A stretch of 64,000 nt of DNA from Takakia lepidozioides (lineage: Eukaryota > Plantae > Bryophyta), in the NCBI GenBank assembly GCA_030704615.1, contig CM060732.1:56482001-56546000 (forward strand), read 5' to 3'. The position numbers were made by a program, and so were the translations under genes. The notes beneath the pieces were generated by a model. It had not been told where the DNA came from, made no database searches, and was given only the letters and a program-made list of their open reading frames with translations. Within the stretch, counting starts at the first letter, position 1. Each line of letters opens with the position of its first letter. This document shows positions 1 to 11,635 of this stretch, piece by piece.

Positions 1-62
1 AACACAGACCTGAACAGCAAGGTGACCAGTTATAATGTGAAGCCGGAAGGGCGAGAACAGTC

Positions 63-3000
63 ATGGACTTTGATGATTCTATGCCAGTAATCCAATTGAG
101 AATTGGAAGCACAGAACTAACTGATGTACTGATAGATGGTGGTTCTGGAGTAAATATCATGACAGACCAATTAAGGAAGAAGCTTGGTCTAAGTAACATG
201 AAACCAGCCCCATTTACAGTAACAATGGCAGATCAAAGAAGTGTACAGCCATTGGGATTAATAAGAGGAGTTAAGATACAGATACAGAAAATGATCTTTA
301 TGATCACAGTAACTGTATTAAAAATGGATGAAGTCATGGAGGCTTACTCCTTATTATTGGGACGTCCGTGGCTGAAACAGGCCAGGGTATTCCATGACTG
401 GAATTCTCAGTTACTAACTGTGCATAATGGGATGCACGAGATACAAATTACCACAAAGAAATCTAGTAGATTACCTGCTACAAGAAGACCTCGAGGAGTC
501 AGAGAGTATGACTGGAGGGGAGGACTGGATGAGGAGCAGGAAGCTACCCTATTTGCTGCACACCCAGAATGGGAGCAGGTTGCAGAGATGCGGCTGGAAA
601 GCCTAAGTTGTTTGAGAGGTATCTGCTGTGGTGTAGTGACAGCAACACCAATTGAAGAGGAAACCAACTGTTACCCACCACATTTCTATGAAGAAAAGGA
701 GGGAGAGATAGAAATCCTAGAAGAACCAGCCACTGTGAGCTTAAAGGATGAAGTGGTGACTGGTTGGACAATCACAGCTGATGAGCAGGTGAGAGAAGTA
801 AATGTGGGAACTCAGGAGGAACCGAGAATGGTGAAAGTAGGAGCTGATTTGGAGCCGGAATTCTTCGAAGAAGCTAAAAGCTTGTTCATCAAATACAGAG
901 ATGTATTTGCTTGGAGCTATGAGGATCTAAAAGGGATACCACCTGAAGTCTGTCAGCATAAAATTGAACTGGAACCAGGGTCAGTACCAATCAAGCAGGC
1001 GAGGTATAGAATGAATCCCAACTACGCACAGAAGGTTGGAGAAGAGATAAAGAAGTTGGCTGAGGCTAAGTTTATATACCCAATAGAGTATACAACTTGG
1101 TTGTCACCCATTGTTATAGTTCCCAAGAAGAATGGCAAACTAAGAGTATGTGTGAACTATAAGAAGCTGAATGCTTGTACGAAGAAAGATCCTTTCCCTT
1201 TGCCATTCACAGAAGCAGTATTAGACACTGTGGCAGGCCATGAGATGTACTCATTCATGGATGGCTTCAGTGGTTATAATCAAGTGCAAGTGGCAGAAGA
1301 AGACCAAGGGAAAACAGCTTTCATCACAGACTGGGGGGCTTATGCATACAAAGTCATGCCCTTTGGACTTTGTAATGCACCAGCGACCTTTCAGAGAGTG
1401 ATAAGTGAATCTTTTCAAGAGTATCTGGATGATTTCATGCAGGTGTTTTTGGATGATTTCAGTGTGTACAGCTCTAAGAATGAGCACTTGCATAAATTGG
1501 AGTTATGCCTGGCCAGATGCAGGATGAGAGGTCTGGGCTTGAACCCAGAGAAGTGTACTTTCTGTGTGAACTCAGGGGTGCTTCTGGGACACATTGTGTG
1601 TAAGAAGGGACTCCTTGTGGATCCCAGGAAGACAGAGTCCATTAAAGCCTCTCCACCACCAGTGAATGTTAAGAGTTTAAGGAGATTCCTTGGGCAAACC
1701 AGTTATTACAGAAGATTTGTCAAAAGGTATGCACAAATAGCAGCACCATTGAGCAAGCTTCTGAAGAAAGATGCAGTGTTTGCATGGACAGCTGAATGTC
1801 AACAGGCGTTTGAGGAACTTACACTGTCAGTAACAACTACACCTGTGCTGATTAACCCTCACTGGCATGTAGTATTTCATGTTCACTGCGATGCATCAGG
1901 AGAAGCGTTGGGAGCGGTGTTAGCCCAGAATGTTACAGGGAATATAGATTCACCTGTGTACTATGCTAGCCGGTTGATGAACAGTGCTGAGAGGAACTAT
2001 AGCACAACGGAAAGAGAAGCATTGGCAATGATCTATGCAGTGAAGAAATTCAGGCATTACCTATTGGGAAGAAAGTTTATGTTTTATGTGGATCACCAGG
2101 CTCTGATATATCTGGTGAACAAACCTTTGATAAGTGGAAGGATAGCGAGGTGGTTAATAATCTTGCATGAGTTTGAGTTCGAGGTTATTTACAAGCCTGG
2201 CCGTTTGCATCTTGTGGCAGATCATTTGTCACGACTAACAACAGGAGAGGCCGCCACAGGAGTGGACGATCAGTTACCTGATGCGAGTTTATTTGTAATG
2301 GAGGTGCAAGGAAGTGCAGATGAATGGTTAGATTGGCAGTGGCCAATCAGATACTACCTTGCTCATGGTCAGTGCCCACCTAGTTATGGTAAGGAGCAGA
2401 GGAAGAGAATCGCTATCAAAGCTTTACCTTATACTATGGTAGGAAGCAGAATGTATAAGTTAGGACCTGATGGAGTACTAAAACGATGCTTGTACCACCA
2501 TGAAGTAAATAAAGTCTTGGAGGAAGTTCATAAAGGAGTGGCTGGAGGTCATTTTGGAGAAGAGACTACCAGTAGAAAGATACTACTCGCAGGATACTGG
2601 TGGCCTACTTTGTTCAAAGATGTACATGAGTATTGTCAGAAGTGTGATGAATGTCAGAGGCTAGGACCTTTGCAGAGATCTGGAAGAATGGCCTTGCATC
2701 CTACAATGCCTACGGAACCATTTCAGAAATGGGGACTAGACTTTGTTGGACCAATTAATCCACCATCCAAGAATACACGAAACAGGTACATAATTACAGC
2801 CACTGATTATACTACAAAGTGGGTGGAAGCTAAAGCTTTGAGGGACAACACAGCCAAGTCCACAGCAAGGTTCCTGTACGAGAACATACTTACACGATTT
2901 GGATGTCCCTTAGAATTTATCAGTGATCAAGGAAGTCACTTCATGAATGAGACCATTGAGTTATTGACTAAAGAGTTTATGATTGTGCATAGAAAGAGTA

Positions 3001-6000
3001 CAACATATTACCCACAGGGTAATGGACAGGCAGAGGCTACCAACAAAATACTATGTACTATCTTGGCTAAGATAGTCAATGCAAACAGAACGGATTGGGA
3101 TACAAAGCTGCTGACAGCTTTATGGTCATACAGGACTTCGTATAAAGTCACCACAAAGTATACACCATTCCAATTAGTTTATGGTATGGAAGCCTTACTT
3201 CCAGTGGAATTCCTGTTACCTACCATGAGAACGGAGTGGGGAAAAAGAATGGAATTGCAAGACTCCATCAAGGTCAGGAAACATGAATTATACCATGTGG
3301 AAGAAGTACGTGCTGATGCAGCTGATAATATGACCAGAATTCAGATGAAGCGAAAGGAACAGTTTGATGAAGGCAAATTAAAGACTTTTAAGACGGGGGA
3401 TTTGGTTCTATGGTTGCAGAAGAAAGGAAAGATTCAAGCTTCTAAGCTTAAATCACCATGGAAAGGACCTTATGTCATACAAAAGATGTATGATAACAAC
3501 ACAGCCATGTTACAAACCATTAACAAAGAAATGCTGGGAAGAGTCAATGCAAATAAGTTGAAGGGGTACAGTGGTATCCATGACAAACCCCTGCAGCATG
3601 ATTTGCATGTTGAACCGCAAGAGCAGTCACGGGCTGCACCAGTGTTACGAACGGAGTATGGAACACTTGTCGCTAGGCCCAGTATATATGACCGGGGTGG
3701 GCAAAACAAACGTGACACAGCCTATCACAGCCCATCACGACGTGACACAGCCAACCACTGCCCAGCAAGGCGCAACACAGCCTACCACAGCCCATCACGA
3801 CGTGACACAGCCAACCACAACCCAGCAAGGCGCAACACAGCCTATCACAACCTACCGCAGCGTGTCACAGCCTATCACAGCTTACCACAGTGCAACACAG
3901 CCTATCACAGCGTAACACAGTATGACACAGCCTGTCACAGCTCAACACAGCCTACTAAAGTTACACGATCCATAGAATCAGTGACAAGTGGACACATAAA
4001 AACTTCAGGAAAATGGCTGAAGGAAGAAGAAACGGAAATTAATTTAAAAATAGACACGTGGAGGTCAGGGTGCGACACACAGCAGAGAATGAAGTGCAAG
4101 GACAGGTGTCAAAAAGAAAGAGGACAAGAACGGCCGTCAAAAGGGATGAAAGGCGGGCCCATTAATGAATACGGAAAAAGGGAAACAGAACGAACGGCAA
4201 GTACAGAAAAACTGAATTCATGTCGCATGTGTGATCCTAGTGGACTATCCAACAGGGAAAGTCCACTAAAGAAGATAAAAGTTAAAATCCAGTCACAGCG
4301 GATACAGCCAATAGAAAACCAGAGAAATGATCAAGAAAATGGAGGGAAATTGAGCGCAAGAGGCGGCGTCGTTCTGAGTAACGGGCGTCTCGACAGGACA
4401 GGCCATAAATGCTATAACTTGGAAACTATGGAGGAACTAACAGACTATACGCTCGCAATATTACTTACGCAATGGCAGAGACACGAAACGAAAGAGCAGA
4501 GCTTTTCTCTTGAACAATGCTTGCAAGCCCCGCAGGCTTACAAGAGATTACCCATAGCTTTCTGCGGCAACCATACGTTTCTGCTTTGTGCACTACAGGC
4601 ATTCCTGCAGTTGTTACAGCCAAAGCAGTTCTGTGAGTCTAAGATGAAGAGAGTGAGAGGAATGGAGGAAATCAGGGTGAAGAGCACCACAATTCTGCAG
4701 AAACAAACGATGGCTACCCCACAGGCGATAAAGATACTGAAGGAGCTGAGATTGGAAGGATTGCAAAGCATGGATTGGACACTACACCATAGACAGTACA
4801 TGTTACAATTTTTGCAGAACTTTGAGCCAAAGACAGGAACAACAACGGTGAAGGGAGTTGAATTAATGATTACTCCCCTATACCTCCAGCAATTGTTTCG
4901 ATTGCCAGCAGGTCATGTGTATGTGGAGGAACACAGGGAAAGACTGCAAATAGGGGATTTATTCCAAGAAGGGAGTTTCTTTAAAACTCAGGGTTATGCT
5001 TGTACCAAAGCTGTGTACCCAGGGTTAAAAGACATAGGCCAAGTATTGAACGTTCTGATTGCCCTGAAACAGAACCAACAATATTTGAGCAGATCCTTCA
5101 CAGAGGAAATCCTCAAAGGCTTGAAGGGACAAGAGGTACCATGGGCGGACATAATGTACAACGCACTGGTAGAGGAGATGAAAAGATTACAAGGTACTAC
5201 CGCAAAATCTCCTATCATAGTGTCTGGCCCAATCATTGCTCAAATAATCCTTAGTTCTGGCATACTTAATGCACAAGAAAGGAAGGAAATGGGAGTGTTT
5301 GAGCCAGAAACAACTGCAATGGAAGAGCAAGGCTCTTCACACAGTGAGGGTGGACTAGCAGCACAACCCGAGACTAAGAGGCAGAGAAGGGGAAAGACTG
5401 TAGTGGCGGATCCACTGGCTTCACGGATTCCGCATGATAATGTTTCCCAAGCTCATGACCAGGAAGGGGCACAGCAGCACAAAAGAATGTTATTACTGGA
5501 AGCAGGACCTTCAGAGAGGGAGGAAGAAGTTACTTCTGCATCACAACCAACACAGCCACTTGAACGACTTGTCACAAGGTCACAAGTTATCCATGCAGCT
5601 CAACCCGAAATAATTGATTTGGAAAGTGAAGGGATAGATATTCCAACTACAGAACAGATAGTGGCAGAAATAGAGAAAGGGGACCTTCTCTATGAATATT
5701 CTGGTCTGGTCAAGCAGACAGAAATCCCAGAGGTGCAACAGTTGCCCAAGAGAAATCCTGAGGTACATATAATGCACACACCTGTGTCGGAGGTACCACA
5801 GGCGGAAGGCCATGACACTGTAGCACCGGTCATAAATGAAGTAGTTCAGGAAGAAAATCCGGTGGGACAATGGTCTGAATGGTTAGTGAGACATCATACT
5901 GTTGAAGATCAGGAGGAACAGCAGCAACCTCACCATGATGACCCTCAACAGGCAATGCTGATGAGTTCCATAGGCAGGACACTTAATTTGTTGGGGACTT

Positions 6001-8195
6001 ATGTCAAAACCCATGTTCCAATTACCCAATTGACAGCCTTGAAAGAAGAACTCAGGAAGGAGTTTGAGGCTCGACTTGCCACTGAGTGTGCAAACAAGGT
6101 CGATGAAGAGGTCACTCTCAAGATGAAGCAGGACTTGGCCAATACAGAAATGGCTTTGCAATTGGCCAAGCAACAATTGATTGAGGCAGGCCTCGCGCAA
6201 GACCAGTTGCACGAAGCACATAAGCAACAGCTATACCAAATGCAGGTGCAGCATGAAAGCAAGTTGCAAGAACTGAATGCACTACATACGGAGTTGCAGA
6301 CAGTGCATAACAGGATGGCGATACAATGCGCTACATTTACAACTATGCTTGACCAATCAACAAAAGAAATAAACAGTCAAGCGGAAAAATGTACGAAGGC
6401 AGAAGAAGAGAATGTGGAGCACATGAAGCTCATTGTCGATATGAAGAATACAATCTGTCGCAATGAAGATACTTTCAAGCAATACAGGCAGATGGAAGCT
6501 GAGAATGAGAAATACATCGTGGAGTTGCAACAAACCATCGTGGCCAATAGAAATGAAATCGCGGTCAGTAACAAGGCTTCGAAAGAAGCCAATAATCTAC
6601 TTGCTGCCTATGCGCAATTGGTTGAGCCACAGGCGAAGCGCATGAAGGCTTTACAACAGCAGTTGGAATTGTATAAGCTAAGAGAGGAGCAAACTCTCAG
6701 GGGAACCACAAGCAGCTTGGTGGATAACAGCCTTATGCAGGTCTGGTTAGCACAAGGGCCAGTAGAAGGCAAAGCCCCACGGAAGCTCACCCAAAGCGAG
6801 ATGAATGAGCTTAGACTGCAGGTGCAGAACATTGCCACAACTACTATAGACAATGTCTATAGTAGGATAGCAGAGTTACAAGAGGATGTAGACGGACTCC
6901 AGACTCAAGTGGAAGACCTCACTTCAAACATCGACCAAAGAGTCTATATCCCTCAGGAACAGCTAATGGCTTCTTATTTGCAAGCCAGAACTCTGGCTTT
7001 TCAGTCTTCACAGGAGGTGCAGGAGATGCCAATGGTACAGGAACCAGTACCACCACCACCACAACAGGTCAGTGTACCAGTAGCTGAACCTGTGGTTACT
7101 ACAACCACACCACAGCCACCACAGCCGGAGGTATGGGGCAATGCAGCTTTTAACCCACCTAAAACTCCAGCTGCCAGGGAGTACAGTAGGGCTATGATTA
7201 TGCCCTTCAACCAAATTCCCATCATGTTGGATTTGGCTTGGAAAGAATTTAGTCCTCCGCAGTCATTCGCACATTACTACCAAATCATGCGTATTTGGCT
7301 GCCAGTGGCAACCAGGACTAAAGTTCTTCCAAACAATCGACATATTGAAGATCATCACTTTGCACAATACTGGCACGAGGCAGGTACCATGTTGAGGGAA
7401 TTGGTTGCTTTCCAGGTTGTACATGGACTCATTTATACCAAGACCAAGGAAATAGCAAGTATTGTCATGGGGTGCGGGCTATACTACGCTGCTTGTTTTC
7501 TGATACGTTACCACATAGAGCAACAAAAGATGCAAGCACGCTTTCAAAGTTACTCCAGTGGAGATCATTGGGTATTACCTTCGGTGCCACCTCATATGTA
7601 CCTATATGACCCAAAAGTTATGATACAGAAGGATTCTCAAATTCGTTCATGGTTTCAAGCAGCCTGCAACAATTTGTCTACACAGAAATTCGGACTTGAT
7701 GACATTTTCTATAAGGGACATATCGCATGGAAATACTTGCACGCTGCACCAGTAATTGGTACCCCACTCATCTGGACAGACAAGGAGCTCAGTGTCTACA
7801 CCAATTTTGCTGTTCAACGGTTACACCAGGTTGTAAAATGCAAACTTCCAGACATGGTAGGACAGCATTGTATGCCCCAGATGATTCCACAAAAAGTTCG
7901 AAAATTAAAACACCTGAGAGGCGATGAGGATTCTGATACAACTGTTTCTTCACAAAATTCTTTTGACATGGGAGAAGACTATGCAATTCAGATGGAAGAG
8001 AAAAAACAAAGGGGATCTCCTATGCCGGAAAGATTACCTCGATATCAACCTCCAGAAGGCCTCACTTATCCAGGTAGTGATCAACCATCTCCATCAACCA
8101 GAGACAGACCTCGGGCTCGTACACACAGCCCACCACGAAACTCTCAACGTCAACAAGGTGCTCACTCACAAAGGTTTGCTACTCGGAAACAGTAA
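63..8195 (+). CDS. pol: Pol polyprotein (protease, RT, RNase H, integrase) with ~1500-aa in-frame C-terminal extension
   Basis: Protease VLIDGGSGVN; RT SFMDGFSGYNQ...VFLDDF; RNase H HCDASG...EREALA; integrase HHCC (H..GGHFG..CQKCDEC), WGLDFVGP, FISDQG, GQAE, WKGPY. No stop until 8195. Confidence 0.93.
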   Translation: MDFDDSMPVIQLRIGSTELTDVLIDGGSGVNIMTDQLRKKLGLSNMKPAPFTVTMADQRSVQPLGLIRGVKIQIQKMIFMITVTVLKMDEVMEAYSLLLGRPWLKQARVFHDWNSQLLTVHNGMHEIQITTKKSSRLPATRRPRGVREYDWRGGLDEEQEATLFAAHPEWEQVAEMRLESLSCLRGICCGVVTATPIEEETNCYPPHFYEEKEGEIEILEEPATVSLKDEVVTGWTITADEQVREVNVGTQEEPRMVKVGADLEPEFFEEAKSLFIKYRDVFAWSYEDLKGIPPEVCQHKIELEPGSVPIKQARYRMNPNYAQKVGEEIKKLAEAKFIYPIEYTTWLSPIVIVPKKNGKLRVCVNYKKLNACTKKDPFPLPFTEAVLDTVAGHEMYSFMDGFSGYNQVQVAEEDQGKTAFITDWGAYAYKVMPFGLCNAPATFQRVISESFQEYLDDFMQVFLDDFSVYSSKNEHLHKLELCLARCRMRGLGLNPEKCTFCVNSGVLLGHIVCKKGLLVDPRKTESIKASPPPVNVKSLRRFLGQTSYYRRFVKRYAQIAAPLSKLLKKDAVFAWTAECQQAFEELTLSVTTTPVLINPHWHVVFHVHCDASGEALGAVLAQNVTGNIDSPVYYASRLMNSAERNYSTTEREALAMIYAVKKFRHYLLGRKFMFYVDHQALIYLVNKPLISGRIARWLIILHEFEFEVIYKPGRLHLVADHLSRLTTGEAATGVDDQLPDASLFVMEVQGSADEWLDWQWPIRYYLAHGQCPPSYGKEQRKRIAIKALPYTMVGSRMYKLGPDGVLKRCLYHHEVNKVLEEVHKGVAGGHFGEETTSRKILLAGYWWPTLFKDVHEYCQKCDECQRLGPLQRSGRMALHPTMPTEPFQKWGLDFVGPINPPSKNTRNRYIITATDYTTKWVEAKALRDNTAKSTARFLYENILTRFGCPLEFISDQGSHFMNETIELLTKEFMIVHRKSTTYYPQGNGQAEATNKILCTILAKIVNANRTDWDTKLLTALWSYRTSYKVTTKYTPFQLVYGMEALLPVEFLLPTMRTEWGKRMELQDSIKVRKHELYHVEEVRADAADNMTRIQMKRKEQFDEGKLKTFKTGDLVLWLQKKGKIQASKLKSPWKGPYVIQKMYDNNTAMLQTINKEMLGRVNANKLKGYSGIHDKPLQHDLHVEPQEQSRAAPVLRTEYGTLVARPSIYDRGGQNKRDTAYHSPSRRDTANHCPARRNTAYHSPSRRDTANHNPARRNTAYHNLPQRVTAYHSLPQCNTAYHSVTQYDTACHSSTQPTKVTRSIESVTSGHIKTSGKWLKEEETEINLKIDTWRSGCDTQQRMKCKDRCQKERGQERPSKGMKGGPINEYGKRETERTASTEKLNSCRMCDPSGLSNRESPLKKIKVKIQSQRIQPIENQRNDQENGGKLSARGGVVLSNGRLDRTGHKCYNLETMEELTDYTLAILLTQWQRHETKEQSFSLEQCLQAPQAYKRLPIAFCGNHTFLLCALQAFLQLLQPKQFCESKMKRVRGMEEIRVKSTTILQKQTMATPQAIKILKELRLEGLQSMDWTLHHRQYMLQFLQNFEPKTGTTTVKGVELMITPLYLQQLFRLPAGHVYVEEHRERLQIGDLFQEGSFFKTQGYACTKAVYPGLKDIGQVLNVLIALKQNQQYLSRSFTEEILKGLKGQEVPWADIMYNALVEEMKRLQGTTAKSPIIVSGPIIAQIILSSGILNAQERKEMGVFEPETTAMEEQGSSHSEGGLAAQPETKRQRRGKTVVADPLASRIPHDNVSQAHDQEGAQQHKRMLLLEAGPSEREEEVTSASQPTQPLERLVTRSQVIHAAQPEIIDLESEGIDIPTTEQIVAEIEKGDLLYEYSGLVKQTEIPEVQQLPKRNPEVHIMHTPVSEVPQAEGHDTVAPVINEVVQEENPVGQWSEWLVRHHTVEDQEEQQQPHHDDPQQAMLMSSIGRTLNLLGTYVKTHVPITQLTALKEELRKEFEARLATECANKVDEEVTLKMKQDLANTEMALQLAKQQLIEAGLAQDQLHEAHKQQLYQMQVQHESKLQELNALHTELQTVHNRMAIQCATFTTMLDQSTKEINSQAEKCTKAEEENVEHMKLIVDMKNTICRNEDTFKQYRQMEAENEKYIVELQQTIVANRNEIAVSNKASKEANNLLAAYAQLVEPQAKRMKALQQQLELYKLREEQTLRGTTSSLVDNSLMQVWLAQGPVEGKAPRKLTQSEMNELRLQVQNIATTTIDNVYSRIAELQEDVDGLQTQVEDLTSNIDQRVYIPQEQLMASYLQARTLAFQSSQEVQEMPMVQEPVPPPPQQVSVPVAEPVVTTTTPQPPQPEVWGNAAFNPPKTPAAREYSRAMIMPFNQIPIMLDLAWKEFSPPQSFAHYYQIMRIWLPVATRTKVLPNNRHIEDHHFAQYWHEAGTMLRELVAFQVVHGLIYTKTKEIASIVMGCGLYYAACFLIRYHIEQQKMQARFQSYSSGDHWVLPSVPPHMYLYDPKVMIQKDSQIRSWFQAACNNLSTQKFGLDDIFYKGHIAWKYLHAAPVIGTPLIWTDKELSVYTNFAVQRLHQVVKCKLPDMVGQHCMPQMIPQKVRKLKHLRGDEDSDTTVSSQNSFDMGEDYAIQMEEKKQRGSPMPERLPRYQPPEGLTYPGSDQPSPSTRDRPRARTHSPPRNSQRQQGAHSQRFATRKQ
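3710..3955 (+). repeat. 30-bp coding minisatellite (RDTAYHSPSR-like decapeptides)
   Basis: About 8 units of cgtgacacagcctatcacagcccatcacga; homologous array at ~24615-24885 on the minus strand. Confidence 0.9.
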
Positions 8196-8216
8196 ACCGT
8201 GAGGACACGGCTTTTT

Positions 8217-8230
8217 GAGGGGGGAAGGGG
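8217..8230 (+). promoter_or_regulatory. Polypurine tract
   Basis: GAGGGGGGAAGGGG, 3 nt before TG at 8234; conserved in copy 2 (~21500-21513). Confidence 0.8.
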
Positions 8231-8233
8231 TAA

Positions 8234-9218
8234 TGTTAGAGGACTGTAGGGGACTTAGACACTTATACGGGATCTGTAGGGTACCCTTAATTTTTGCACA
8301 GACTGAGACAAACAGGAACCTTAGGGGTGACAGCAGCGCACTGTAGAGGGGGGTTACATAGCCCACACAGCCGACACAGCAGTCACAGCCCACACAGCCA
8401 ACACAGCCCGACACAGCCGTCACAGCCCACACAGCCAACACAGCCCGTCACAGTCGTCACAGCCCACACAGCCCACACAGCCCGTCACAGTCGTCACAGC
8501 AGACACAGCCCACACAGCCAGTCACAGCCCGGCACAGCCACACAGCCAGTCACAGCCCGACACAGCCAAACACAGCCAGTCACCGCTTGACACAGCTGTC
8601 ACGATAATAGGGAACGAAGAGTAGGACAGGGAACGACTGTGGGGAACAACACCAGTGAAGGGAACATGTTAGTTCACATACGACGGTTAGAGAGGGAAAC
8701 GGTTAGAACCGCGGATAGGAGGATAAAGGGAAGAACGGGGAATGATGAGGGGATCATTATTCGGGGAGGACTTCGGAGACAGGCGGGAGCGGAGATCGGA
8801 GAGCACGATGAAGGAGAAAAGAGGATTAGTAGATGCTTGTTATATGCAAAGCTATAGTGATATAGGAAAGAAGATTAGAGACATAATGGCTTCGGCCTGA
8901 TACCTGATAAATCATAATCTGATACTTATACGATACAATCACACTGTGTAGAGAGATCTGAGTGAAGCTGTGGATTGAATGGAGGAGTTAAGGAAACCGA
9001 TAAATTGATGAAGCAAACTGATACTTAATTATCAATGGTAAGGTAGCTAAGATGAATGCGATAAAAAGAAACAAATAGGAAACACCCCCATGATACACTA
9101 GCTGTAGGTCATGATTGATTGTTCTGCGCGGGCTGAGTACTTAGAGATTTCCAACTCTTCTATCTTGGAGTTTCCGCCTCGGATAGCGAAGGGATGGGTG
9201 AGTAAAAGCCGCGCGACA
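8234..9218 (+). repeat. 3' LTR of copy 1, with CACAGCC-rich minisatellite (~8358-8600)
   Basis: TGTTAG...GCGACA. Homology to the other LTR copies ends exactly at GCGCGACA. The 5' boundary is less certain because a second G-tract lies at ~8346-8353. Confidence 0.85.
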
Positions 9219-10589
9219 ACTCCATCCATGTGTCTGCCTTCCTCTGTGTAATCTCACAAGGTCACATGCATGTCTGGCAAGCCATAGGGTCATACAAAGA
9301 AAGTAATCTGCAAAAATGTTGATCCCCACACCCTCGTCTCTCTCTCAATCAAGCTCTTATCTTGGAGCACTATGCCCCAAAGGGTAAAAAAACATGCTGA
9401 TGTGCTCAGGGAATAAACCACAATCAGTCTCTTACATGTTTCCATGCTGGTACACCACAAGCTGTGGATAGCCCTGCACATGTCTCTATGTTGCGTTATC
9501 TCTTGGCCTCTGACAATGTTTGAGGGCCGTTTGTGCCTCTACTCCACAACTGTGGGTACTACCGTGTGTCAGCAGCTCCTCCCCAGTCTCAACCTGCATG
9601 TACAGAACAGATGTTTAAAGTCAATAAACACAGTGCTAAAAGCTGAAGGGCCTAAGCACACTCCTAACACAACCATAACAATCAAAGCCCGCACTTATCT
9701 ATTCAATCAATCTCAGTTCATTGATTTCTTGAAAGTCGGCTATTATACTTAGCAGCACATCTGTCCTAACTTCAACCTATCATTGTTAAAGCAAAACTAC
9801 CTATACCTCAGTGCATTGTTGCTCCTGACTTGTCATTTGGGCAGTAAAATGACATCGACTGCACTATATCCCGAGCATCGTATCGTATATTTCTCATATA
9901 CAAATATTCACAACCAATACCCTACACCATTAACAACAAACATGATGCATCTTATTCCAAAGATTTGTGCAATACATGTCCAGGAGCACTATGCGCTGGA
10001 AGCAAAAATGTCTCGCCGGAAGGGCCACGGCATTGACGATGAGGAACATTGCTATAGAACAGGGTATGATCATTATCTCGCATGGTACTGATAAATTCAA
10101 CCCTCTGTCTGGCACTTGTTGCCAGTCTCTTCTTCCATATCCTCCCATCCTGCAGTCAGTAAAGTCTGTCCATTAGTAGTGGTCACACCCACAAACAGCA
10201 AGAAACTAAAGTTGAAATGGATGATGTCTTCCCCACTGTGCCTTGTAAGTGCTTTGAATAACACAAATGACAGGGAATCATAAGTAATCTTGTGCTTGAA
10301 ATCTGGCCCTCTTGGATGAATCTGGATCCACTCTCTATCCCTGCTCCTTCAGCTATCTCTGCCTCTGCACAAATCATGCACACATGCTTGCCTTGCTCCT
10401 AGCAGCTGACAATGATAGCCTAGATTTGTTCCAGCAAACACCCTAACCCTACTTATCACACTAGTTCATATGTTGACTTGCGTTTCCAACAGGCCTTCAT
10501 TTTTTTGCACCAAAGAACTAACTTGCAGAATTCAACCTGAAAATTTAGGGACGACTCTGATAACAGGGAAAATAGGCTGAAATGTGTTG

Positions 10590-11635
10590 AAGAAGGTGCT
10601 CATAGGTCTCCAAAGCCTCCATCCCGCGCCCTTGCTGTGTGCATATCCTGCAATCATCGCACTCCACGACACCACGTCTCGTTCAGCCATACTATTGAAC
10701 ACTCCTTTTGCATCCTCGATGCACCCACATTTTGCATACATGTCCACGAGAGTACTGTTCAGAATGACATCGGGTACAATTCCAGCTCTGACAAGTCACC
10801 ATGGATCTCTTTGCCCTTTTCCAGGGTTGTCAGGCTTTCACATGCATTGCAAATGCCATCAAACGTGATGTGGTCGGGCTTCACCCCTTCCGCCATCATT
10901 TGATCATAGGTCTCCAAAGCCTCCTTCCCGCGGCCTTGCTGTGCATACCCCTCAAGCATCGTGTTCCATGACAACACATCTCGTTCAGCCATACTGTTGA
11001 AAACTCCCTTCACAACCTCGATGCACCCACATTTCGCATACATGTCCATGAGTGTATTGTTCAGAATGATGTCGGGTACAATTCCAGCTCTGATGATGTC
11101 ACCTTTGCCCTTTTCCAGGGTTGCCAGGCTCGCACACGCATTGCATATACAAACGAACGTGACCGGGTGGCTTTACCCCTTCCCGCATTGTTTGCTCATA
11201 GGTCTCCAATGCCTCCATCCCGCATCCATGCTAGGCAATATCCAGTGATCATCAGACTCCAGGACACGACATTTCATTCAGCCATATTCTCAAACACTCC
11301 ATTTGTATCCTCAATACTGCTACATTTGGCATACATGTCCCCGAGGGTATTGTCCAGAATGACATCGGGTACAATTCCAAATTTGACAATGGCACCATGG
11401 ACATTTTACCCTTTTCCAGGGCTGCCAGGCCCGCACACGCATTGCAAACACAACCCGGTCCGGCTTCACCCCTTCCCGCATTATTTGTTCATACATCTCC
11501 GAAGCCTCTATACCACGCCCTTGATGTGCATATCCTTGCCCTTCCTACATCATTTGCTCAAGAATAGGTCTCAAAGCCTCTATCCCACGCCCCTGTATTG
11601 CATATCATGCGATCATGGCGTTCTATGACACGAAT
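10590..11635 (-). pseudogene. PLS-class pentatricopeptide repeat (PPR) gene relic
   Basis: Repeated DMYAKCG..EDAKGVFNSMAERDVVSW..M..GYAQ motifs, broken by stops and frameshifts. Confidence 0.88.

Larger units (their letters stand above)
1..9218 (+). mobile_element. Ty3/Gypsy LTR retrotransposon, family 1, copy 1 (5' part outside window)
   Basis: PR-RT-RH-INT order in ORF 63-8195, followed by a polypurine tract and a TG...CA LTR that recurs at 20470-21496 and 60727-61518. Confidence 0.95.

Noticed and set aside
5900-6950. True retroviral envelope gene
   Set aside because: No signal peptide or clear transmembrane anchor is visible; only a coiled coil.
9783-10176. Possible isolated exon (~9976-10149, minus strand, AG/GT bounded)
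   Set aside because: No recognisable protein in any frame and no partner exons.
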